Of a stretch of 64,000 nt of DNA, positions 56,615-64,000 are shown piece by piece. The notes below the pieces were generated by a model. The model worked only from the letters and a program-made list of their open reading frames with translations, was not told the origin of the DNA and ran no database searches. A program made the position numbers and the translations under genes. Every line of letters begins with the position of its first letter. Position 1 is the stretch's first letter. Source of the stretch: Candidatus Brocadiia bacterium (GTDB lineage: Bacteria; Planctomycetota; Brocadiia; CAIUPP01); NCBI GenBank assembly GCA_050015075.1, contig JBEKCB010000017.1:1-64000 (forward strand), given 5' to 3'.

Positions 56615-57927
56615 CCGCGCCGGCCGCCGTGCCACCGCGCGAGGCGGGCGGGCGATACGCCGAGCAGGCAGCCGCAGATCAGCACTTGGTTCAGGCAGGT
56701 CTGCCGGAGCACGCCGTGTTGCACCCAGCGCCGCGCGGAGGTCAGCGCGGGCGCCGGGACGATGGCGATGCGGCCCCGGCATTTCAGCCGGCGCACGAAG
56801 TTGAAATCCTCCATGACCGGAATTTCCGGGAACCCGCCGCTTTGCCGGAACGCCTCCGCCGTCAGGAAGAGCGCCTGGTCGCCATACGGCATCTGCAGCC
56901 AGCGCGAGCGCGCGTTGGCGAGGCGCTCGATCATGCGCAATCCGCGGCTCGCCGACTCGATGCGCAGCTCGAACGCGCCGGCCACGACTCCTTCCAGGCA
57001 CAGCGTCCAGCGCACGCTTTCGGCGAAATCATTCGGCAGGCGCGTGTCGGCGTGAAGGAAAAGCAGTATCGGCGACTCCGCCCTCGCTGCGCCGAGGTTC
57101 ATCTGGCGCGCCCGGCCCGGCGGGCTGGAATACGCGTGCGCGCCGGCGGCCAGCGCGCGGTCGAGCGTCCCGTCCGCGCTGCCTCCGTCCACAACGATCA
57201 CTTCGATGCCGCCGACGGCGCGCAGCTCGGATATCCGGTCTGCGATCTGCGCCGCCTCGTTGAGCGTTGGGATGACGACGGAGATATTCGCCCCGCTCAG
57301 ACGAGAAGGAGAGCGCTTCTTCGCCTCCTCCCAAATCGGAAGGTCCTCCGGCCGATCCACGTCCGGTAGCGGCTCGAGGAGGCGGACTGAAAGGCCGAGA
57401 GATCGGGCGCGATCGCGCGTCCGCTCGAGTACGGAATCCGTGCTCCAGGGCATGTCGGCGAACAGCGCGGGCGCCGGCCGGCGCAGCCCGATCAGCCAGT
57501 AACCGCCATCGGTCGCCGGCCCAAGGACGAGGTCCGTCCTGCGCAATGCCGCGAGCGCCGCGCGCATGACCGGCGCATCCAGACCCGGGCAATCGGTTCC
57601 GACCAGCACTACGCGGCCGGCGCCGCGCGAAAAGGCGTCGCGGAACGCGGTCTCCATCTTCACACCCAGGTCGCCTTCGCCCTGCGGCTGGTAATCCATC
57701 TCGCTGCCGAGCCACTCACGCATGCGGTCGGCGGTTCCGCCGGCGAACCGCACTTCCAGAGCGACGCGCTCCCGTCGCGCGACCTCGCGCGCGTGCGAGA
57801 TCGTGTGGAGCACCATCTGCCGCTGCAAATCCGCGGCCCCGTCCGCGCCGAGGACGGGAATAAGGCGCGTCTTCGACGCGCCAGGCTCAGGCCAGCGGGT
57901 AAACACGATCAGTGTTGATTCAGGCAT
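56611..57927 (-). CDS. Fused TIGR04282/TIGR04283-type glycosyltransferases (arsenosugar/rSAM-associated)
   Basis: PG-x-SKTRL, QGEGDLG, GTDCP and GPATDGGY; then VIPTLNE, GRARQMN, FLHAD, YGDQ and TSARRW. Confidence 0.9.
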   Translation of the reverse strand: MPESTLIVFTRWPEPGASKTRLIPVLGADGAADLQRQMVLHTISHAREVARRERVALEVRFAGGTADRMREWLGSEMDYQPQGEGDLGVKMETAFRDAFSRGAGRVVLVGTDCPGLDAPVMRAALAALRRTDLVLGPATDGGYWLIGLRRPAPALFADMPWSTDSVLERTRDRARSLGLSVRLLEPLPDVDRPEDLPIWEEAKKRSPSRLSGANISVVIPTLNEAAQIADRISELRAVGGIEVIVVDGGSADGTLDRALAAGAHAYSSPPGRARQMNLGAARAESPILLFLHADTRLPNDFAESVRWTLCLEGVVAGAFELRIESASRGLRMIERLANARSRWLQMPYGDQALFLTAEAFRQSGGFPEIPVMEDFNFVRRLKCRGRIAIVPAPALTSARRWVQHGVLRQTCLNQVLICGCLLGVSPARLARWHGGRRG

Positions 57928-58021
57928 GCAAATTGGATTCGTTTTTTCAAATCGCCTTTCGCGCGTTATCTGGTACCACGCCAGCATCTTACGACTTCTC
58001 ATGCACACATATCACTACTCC

Positions 58022-58050
58022 AGTGTATCATAATATTTCTTATTTGTCAA
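58022..58050 (-). promoter_or_regulatory. Putative sigma70 promoter
   Basis: Minus strand TTGACA-17 bp-TACACT. Confidence 0.6.
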
Positions 58051-58568
58051 GCGGCCGGCGCGATTTTCACGGCGCCGGGCGAGCAGCCTGTTGCCGCAGC
58101 TCACACTGAAGACGCCGGTTCAGACATATCTTTTCCTGAAAATATGTTTCCGTTTATCCAGTTGCTCATAGCCCTTCACCGGTAAAACGTTCGACTCTGT
58201 ACACGAAGAACAGAGTGTATCGGCGCTTGTTCAATAATGACCCAGCATGTAAAAAGACGCGACGCAACTTTTTGGGTCAATGCCGGCTATGACCTTGCTG
58301 CGGCGCTGGATCGCGGTAATTGGGCGAAAGCACCGAGAAGGCACGGCCTTTGCTACAAGCCATACCTGGATAGTTTTATCGTTCAGGAATGAGGCATCTT
58401 GAATTGTGAAAGGAGGAATCGAGCGCAGTGAGAAAGCTTGTTCAAGAGATGCTGCGGAAACATGCATTCGCGGCCTTGGAGCGTACCATACTGGCGAGGA
58501 AGTCCACGACATCCGTGAACCGCCGGCTATTCGGGAGACTTCGGTTCCAGGGAAAAGGAGGATAGGAT

Positions 58569-58997
58569 ATGAGGCACATCGGGATCGCACTGCTCGTCGT
58601 CACAATGGTATTCGGATTCACCGCCGTGGCGCAGGCCCAACACAGGCAGCGCGGCGAGGGCGGGCAATACCCGCCGCCCTGGCAGGAAGGTCACCGCATG
58701 GTCGCCCGCGCCGTAGGTCAAGTGACTGGGATCAGCGGCAACACGCTCACCATTTCAGCCACCGTTAATGGTCAGGCGCAGGTCGTGGTTGTCACCTTCG
58801 ACAGGCGGACGCACTTCGGCGCCGCTCAGGAGGGCAACGCGCAATCGCAGGTAGGCGCAGGGTCTCAAGGGAATGCGGTAACATCCGCGGACGTCCTGGT
58901 TGGAGAGACGGTCAAGGTGTATTACACTGTGGGCGACGACGTCGCCGAGACGGTCATCATCATCTCCGCGCCGGCGGGAGCGGGCGATCTGACGTAA
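58569..58997 (+). CDS. Exported hypothetical protein (OB-fold/DUF5666-like)
   Basis: AGGAGG RBS; signal peptide; GQVTGISGNTLTI...DVLVGETVKV. Confidence 0.7.
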   Translation: MRHIGIALLVVTMVFGFTAVAQAQHRQRGEGGQYPPPWQEGHRMVARAVGQVTGISGNTLTISATVNGQAQVVVVTFDRRTHFGAAQEGNAQSQVGAGSQGNAVTSADVLVGETVKVYYTVGDDVAETVIIISAPAGAGDLT

Positions 58998-59214
58998 ACC
59001 TGCCGAAGTGAGCGCGCGTTACGCTGGAGGCAGGGCAGCTTGAGCAGCATCGGGCCACCGGTGGTGGCGGTGCAGCGGGCCTCTTCCCGACTGCGCATCC
59101 GTCACCGGTGGTAAACGGTCGGCCTTCCACCATGACGGCACGACGAACTCATGGATTCCCGCTTCCGCGGTTTGCCCGCCGCAGGAGCGGGAATGACTCT
59201 TCCGCAACGGCCGG

Positions 59215-60153
59215 CTACGTCTTGTGCAGGACGCCGGCGCCGTTCTCGGCGATCTCGAGGACCGCCGCCAGCAGCAATTGCGTGCTGCGGACCAGGTTCT
59301 CGAGGTTCACGCGTTCGGGGATGTCGCCGGGCAGGTGGTATTCCGTATCGCGGCCGCCCCCCATGTTCATCACCGTCGTGCGAAACCCCGCCTTGATGTA
59401 CATGCCGTCATCGTCGTTCACATGCGCCTTGAAATGAGTTTGCACGTTCAGGCCGATGCCGTAACGGGCAGCGCAGGACGCGATGAAGTCAGCCAGGGGC
59501 TTGCCTTCGTCGGTGCTGTACGCGATGCCATGCATCAGCTTGCCGGCGAGCATCTCCGCGTCCGACCTGGCGTCCAGCAGGTCCTGGTTCAATACGGCGA
59601 TGAGCCGGTCGCCGCGCGCGGCGGCGGCTTCGGCCGCGGGGCGGCTCGTCCACGGCACATGCTCCTCGTTGCAGAAGAGGAAGCGGACCGAGCGCTTCAG
59701 ATCGCAGGCCGCCAGAATCCGCGCTATCTCCAGGTTGGCCACGGTTCCGGTTCCGTTGTCGTGCGCGCCGGGTGAATCTATCCAGCTCATGGAATCCTTG
59801 TGCGCGATCAACTGGACGATCTCCTCAGGCTGCCCGCGGCCTAGGCGGGTCGCTTCGAGGTTCGCTGCGTCATACCAGGGGTCGCTCGGCTCGGGCATAG
59901 AGAACCAGGAACTCGACGGCTGCTTGGTCTTGTCGCAGCGCCAGGCCTGGACTTTGTAATGGGTGGCCGCCACTTCGTAACCGGCCGACTTGAGCAGGCC
60001 GCTGATATATTTGTCGGCCTCGTCCAGCGAGCAAACGCTCTGGCCCGGCCGGGTATAGTTCACTTTGCGGAACAGCAGCGGGTCTCGGCAGAGGTAGAAC
60101 AGATCGCGGCGGATGCGGTCGGCGGACACCTTCTGAAGCGCGTCTCGGATCAT
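59215..60153 (-). CDS. M28-family metallopeptidase
   Basis: AHKDS, PGAHDNGTG, NEEH, LNQD and YHLPGD. Confidence 0.88.
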   Translation of the reverse strand: MIRDALQKVSADRIRRDLFYLCRDPLLFRKVNYTRPGQSVCSLDEADKYISGLLKSAGYEVAATHYKVQAWRCDKTKQPSSSWFSMPEPSDPWYDAANLEATRLGRGQPEEIVQLIAHKDSMSWIDSPGAHDNGTGTVANLEIARILAACDLKRSVRFLFCNEEHVPWTSRPAAEAAAARGDRLIAVLNQDLLDARSDAEMLAGKLMHGIAYSTDEGKPLADFIASCAARYGIGLNVQTHFKAHVNDDDGMYIKAGFRTTVMNMGGGRDTEYHLPGDIPERVNLENLVRSTQLLLAAVLEIAENGAGVLHKT

Positions 60154-60434
60154 CGCTGAACCTCCTGGCCAATCGCGGCGACGCCGCGAAACGGTTGTCG
60201 GACTCAACGGACGAATGGCGGGGACACTGAACGCTCGGCCGGACTATCCCGCTTGACCGTCTTCCGGAGGACCACCAGGTCCTCGCACGATATTCTACGC
60301 TTGGTGCGTCGGGTGTCAACTCCACTTTCGATAATAGAGGGCGGTGGGGCTGCTGAACAAGTCTCGTCGTCATTCCCGCGAATGCAGGACGGCGATTCAT
60401 GCTTGCGGCGGTCCGCACTTCTCGGGCGTCCTGC

Positions 60435-60599
60435 TCAGCGGTAGCGCGTAAGCCGGGGAGGACGTTCTTGATAGGCGGCGTAGAGCTTCCGCCACGACGG
60501 TTTGATCCGTTCTTCGAGGAGCGGACGCTTGAGGTTCCACGGGATGAAATATCCCTCGGTGAAGCGACCGCAGAGCGGACAGAATCGGTCGAATGTCAT
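60435..60599 (-). CDS. Small hypothetical protein (54 aa, CxxC)
   Basis: ATGA overlap with the arsS stop; MTFDRFCPLCG. Confidence 0.4.
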   Translation of the reverse strand: MTFDRFCPLCGRFTEGYFIPWNLKRPLLEERIKPSWRKLYAAYQERPPRLTRYR

Positions 60600-61558
60600 G
60601 TCTTCAGCACGAGCGCTCCGCCGCAGGACGAGCCGGGGCCGGCGGTGCAGCCGTAGCAGTGGTCGCCGGTGGTGATGCGCCGCCGCGCCAGCATGCCGCC
60701 GTCGAACCGCCGCAGGTGGCTCGGCGCGCCGTGGTTCACCGGACAGCCTAGGGCCAGGTTGAAGTCGCAGTCGTAAAGCGTGCCGTCCCACGCAACGCTC
60801 AACTGGCGGCGGCACATCAGGCCATCGAGCGTCTGCGGGTTGAACGCCGCACGCAGGAGTTGCAGGTATTCCTCTTCCTGCCCGTCGCGGCGGAGCAAGT
60901 CGCGGAAGCGGCCGAGCGGCATGTTGGTGATCGTCAGGAGGCGCGTGAAGCGGATGCCGAAACGGGCGTCCAGTTCGCGCCGGTAGTCCGCTTCGAGCGC
61001 GGCCTGGCCGCCCGGCAGGAATGCGCCGCCGGGGTTGTAGACCAGGTTCAAGGTCCGGCGCTCATCCACGCCATAGCCGAGCGCGTTCAGCCGGCGCAGA
61101 GCGGCGACGCTCCGCTCATAGACGCCCGCGCCGCGCTGCGCGCGGACGTTCTCCTCGGTATAGCACGGCATCGAGGCGACGAGTTGGACTTCGTGGCTGC
61201 CGAAGAACTCCGGCAGGTCCTGCATGCCCGGCTCGAGGAGCACCGTCAGATTCGTCCGCACCTGCACGGCGAATCCGTCGCTGCGGAGCTGGGCAACGAA
61301 CTTCCGAAAATGCGGGTTCAACTCCGGCGCGCCGCCGGTGACGTCCACGAGCCGGCAACGGCAGTTTCGGGCCGCGCGGAACACCTGCTCCATCGTCGGC
61401 CAGGGCATCGCCTCGGCCCTTGCGGGCGATGCGTCCAGATGGCAGTGCGCGCACGACTGGTTGCACCGCAGGCCGAGGTTGACTTGCAGCGTCCCGACTT
61501 CCACCGCGCAGATCGGCTGGCCGAGCGCCTTGGTGCACGACTGCTCGAATGAGTCCAT
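60596..61558 (-). CDS. arsS: Arsenosugar biosynthesis radical SAM protein (TIGR04167-type)
   Basis: LQVNLGLRCNQSCAHCH, DVTGGAPELNP, YDCDFN and HCYGCTAGPGSSCGG. Confidence 0.92.
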   Translation of the reverse strand: MDSFEQSCTKALGQPICAVEVGTLQVNLGLRCNQSCAHCHLDASPARAEAMPWPTMEQVFRAARNCRCRLVDVTGGAPELNPHFRKFVAQLRSDGFAVQVRTNLTVLLEPGMQDLPEFFGSHEVQLVASMPCYTEENVRAQRGAGVYERSVAALRRLNALGYGVDERRTLNLVYNPGGAFLPGGQAALEADYRRELDARFGIRFTRLLTITNMPLGRFRDLLRRDGQEEEYLQLLRAAFNPQTLDGLMCRRQLSVAWDGTLYDCDFNLALGCPVNHGAPSHLRRFDGGMLARRRITTGDHCYGCTAGPGSSCGGALVLKT

Positions 61559-61758
61559 TCGCGGTCCTCTCATTCCGATTCCGATTCGTTATGCACCTTT
61601 CAACCTATCACCTGCGGTGGCGCGAGTCAATAATTTTGCCGGCGGGACTTGGCGCCGTGAGAGAGCCTGAAGGCGGCGTGAAGGAGTTGAGCAGGAGGAT
61701 CGAGCAGGTCAAAGCCGCCGTCGGCGCGCGATGATCGGCGCTCAACGCCGGGACTCGT

Positions 61759-63207
61759 TCAGCGCGGCGGCGCGCCCGGAGAGCCGGGCTTCGCGGCCTG
61801 CGCGCCTTCGGTTTGCCAGCCGCCGCCGAGCGCTTTATAGAGTTGCACGACGGTGAGCAACTGCCCGAGCTGCGTCCGGGCCAGGGCGGTCTCGGCGGGG
61901 AAAATCTGCTGCTGAGCCAGGAGGACTTCGTAGTAGCTCGCGCGCCCGGCGCGGAAGCGCTCCATGGCGACGCGGACGGCCTCGCGATATGCGGCCACGG
62001 CTCGGGCCTGCTGCTGCCGGACCTCCTCGAACTTCTGCCGCGAGATCAGCGCGTCGGAAACTTCCTGCAGCGCGCTCAGCGCGGTCTGCTGATACTGGAG
62101 CTTCGCCTGTTCCCACGCCGCTTTGGCCTGGCGATACTGGGCGCGGAGCAGGCCGCCTTGAAAGATGGGGCCGACCAGGGTGCCGCCGAGCGACCAGGCG
62201 TTCCACGTGCCATTGGTCATGGCGGGCAGGCTGGGAGCGACCCGGCCCAGGAAACCGGTCAGGTTAATCTGCGGAAAGAAATCGGCCTTGGCGACGCCGA
62301 TCTGCGCGTTGGCGGAGCGGAGCAACTGCTCGGCCTGGCGCACGTCCGGCCGCCGTTCGAGCAGGGCGCTGGGCAGGCCGGCGGGGACTTCAGGCGGCAG
62401 CGCCTGTTCCAGCAGCGCCGCGCGGTGTGCGACTTCGCGCGGGCTGCGGCCGAGGAGAATGCTGATCTGGTTCTCCTTGATGGCGATCTGGCGCTCGAGT
62501 TCGGGTATGCTCGCGGAGGCCGATTCGAAAAGAGCCTCGGCGCTGTCGGTCTCCAACGTTGACGCAACGCCTCCTCCGAGACGGTCCTGGAACAGTTTCA
62601 GGCTCTGGGCGAATGAGTCGGCGTTCCGCCGGGCGATGGCCAGTTCTTCATCGAGTTCGAGCAGCTCGAAGTACGCCGTGGCCACGTCGGAGACGAGCGT
62701 CAGCACCACGCCGCGCCGCGCTTCCTCAGTCGCGAGGAACTGCGCGCGCGCGGATTCGGTGAGCCGGCGCACGCGGCCCCAGATGTCCAGTTCCCAGAGA
62801 ACGCTTCCCGTGAAGTAGCCGGCGGTGCTGTTGGTGCCGCTGGGATCAGGCTGGCCGTAGAACTCGTCCCGCCCGAAGGTGAGGTTCCCCTGGTAGGAAA
62901 ACCACGGGAACAACTGCGCGCGCGCCTCGGCGACCATGGCGCGCGCCTGCTCGACTCGGGTGACGGCTACGCGCAGGTCGAAGTTATCGGACAGGGCCGC
63001 GCGGATCAGGCCGGTCAGCGTCTCGTCCTTGTAGATATCCCACCAGGGCAGGTCGGCCAGCGACTGGGCGGCGGCGGACGCCTGCGCGCCGCGGAAGTTG
63101 TCGGGCATTGGAGTTTCGGGCTTCCGGTAATCCGGTCCCACCGCGCAACCGGCAAGGAGCATGACCAGCGCGGCCGCCGCGGCCATCGCTTTCCTGGGCA
63201 AGGTCAT
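61759..63207 (-). CDS. RND efflux outer-membrane lipoprotein (NodT/OprM family)
   Basis: LAGC-AVGPDY, WELDIWG, LLERRPDV and LYKALGGGW. Confidence 0.93.
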   Translation of the reverse strand: MTLPRKAMAAAAALVMLLAGCAVGPDYRKPETPMPDNFRGAQASAAAQSLADLPWWDIYKDETLTGLIRAALSDNFDLRVAVTRVEQARAMVAEARAQLFPWFSYQGNLTFGRDEFYGQPDPSGTNSTAGYFTGSVLWELDIWGRVRRLTESARAQFLATEEARRGVVLTLVSDVATAYFELLELDEELAIARRNADSFAQSLKLFQDRLGGGVASTLETDSAEALFESASASIPELERQIAIKENQISILLGRSPREVAHRAALLEQALPPEVPAGLPSALLERRPDVRQAEQLLRSANAQIGVAKADFFPQINLTGFLGRVAPSLPAMTNGTWNAWSLGGTLVGPIFQGGLLRAQYRQAKAAWEQAKLQYQQTALSALQEVSDALISRQKFEEVRQQQARAVAAYREAVRVAMERFRAGRASYYEVLLAQQQIFPAETALARTQLGQLLTVVQLYKALGGGWQTEGAQAAKPGSPGAPPR

Positions 63208-64000
63208 TGCTTTTCCTCCTCGACCGGCTTCGTCTCGTCGCCCGGCTTCGGCGCCGCGTGTTTGGCGCCGCGCGCTCTCTCGACGATGTAGAACATGACG
63301 GGAATGAGGAAGACGGCGATGAAGCTCGCGGCGAGCGTGCCGCCGACGATGCAACTGCCCATGACGCGCCGGGCTACGGCGCCGGCGCCGTGGGCGAAGG
63401 CCAGCGGCAGACAGCCGAGCAGGAATGCGAAGCTCGTCATCAGGATCGGCCGCAACCGCAGCCGGGCGCCCTCGAGCGCGGACTCGGTGAGTGACTGGCC
63501 GTGCTCGTAGCGCGTCCTGGAGAACTCGACGATCAGGATCGCGTTCTTGGCGCTGAGGCCGATGAGCATGATCAGCCCGATCTGCGCGAAGACGTTGTTC
63601 TCCATCTGCCGCGTCCACAGCAGCGCGTACGCGCCGAACACCGCGATCGGCGTGCAGAGCAGCACGCTGAACGGCAGGGACCAGCTCTCGTACAGCGCCG
63701 CGAGGATCAGAAAGACGAAGATCACCGAGAGCGCGAAGACCGCCGCCGGCGGCACGCCTTTCCGGGCTGCGTTCTCCTGGAACGACATGTCGCGATAGGC
63801 ATACCCCATCTCGCGCGGCATGGTCTGGGCGAAGACCTGTTCGAGCGCCTCCATCGCCTGCACGCTGCTGTAGCCGGGCGCGGCGGCGGTGTTGATCTGC
63901 GCGCTGCGGTAGAGGTTGTAGCGCATGATGAACTCCGGCCCGAGGCGCGACTCGACGGTCGTCAGCGCGCTGAGCGGCACCGCGGCTCCCGCGCGGTTCC
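63204..64000 (-). CDS. RND efflux permease (HAE1/AcrB family), C-terminal part
   Basis: LAALYESW, GLSAKNAILIVEF and RLRPILMTS. Confidence 0.95.
   Translation of the reverse strand, partial: NRAGAAVPLSALTTVESRLGPEFIMRYNLYRSAQINTAAAPGYSSVQAMEALEQVFAQTMPREMGYAYRDMSFQENAARKGVPPAAVFALSVIFVFLILAALYESWSLPFSVLLCTPIAVFGAYALLWTRQMENNVFAQIGLIMLIGLSAKNAILIVEFSRTRYEHGQSLTESALEGARLRLRPILMTSFAFLLGCLPLAFAHGAGAVARRVMGSCIVGGTLAASFIAVFLIPVMFYIVERARGAKHAAPKPGDETKPVEEEKQ

Noticed and set aside
54893-57001. 702-aa minus-strand ORF and similar long shadow ORFs (e.g. 11551-13080, 49180-50592)
   Set aside because: Antisense to well-supported genes in GC-rich DNA, with no recognisable motifs.
1-64000. CRISPR array, rRNA or reverse transcriptase
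   Set aside because: No regularly spaced repeat-spacer units, rRNA-like stretch or RT motifs seen; tandem repeats are short and lack spacers.

Overview
GC-rich bacterial window; the host is probably an anaerobic Planctomycetota/PVC-type organism (inferred from gene style only). The centre is a ~41.9 kb integrative element (4509-46434) bounded by a perfect 50-bp direct repeat of the 3' part of tRNA-Cys(GCA). Its right arm is a phage-satellite-like core: tyrosine integrase, AlpA, HTH, Prim-Pol/helicase with iteron-like repeats, HNH, P27-type small terminase and ParB-methylase, with no recognisable large terminase, portal or capsid. Its left ~27 kb is a defence hotspot: two methylase-based modules, a PLD-SNF2 helicase, a kinase-TPR-FHA protein, an Nmad3 module, DUF3800 and a nuclease-STAND plus HEAT-repeat pair. 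Main observations: (1) an unannotated 55-aa DUF6132-like membrane protein with an in-frame UGA at a conserved Cys position, followed by an fdhF-like SECIS hairpin (candidate selenoprotein); (2) the integrase ORF reads through the att core, so excision would swap its C-terminus; (3) the STAND and HEAT genes are in frame and separated by one UGA; (4) a Cys-containing C-terminal sorting signal sits next to a CPBP protease. The flanks are host genes: URO-D family, heparinase-like lyase, cysK with an MA1821/MA1822-type homocysteine pathway, tRNA(CAT), msrAB, arsenosugar-type GT/ArsS and RND efflux. All family assignments come from motif recognition by eye, not database searches.
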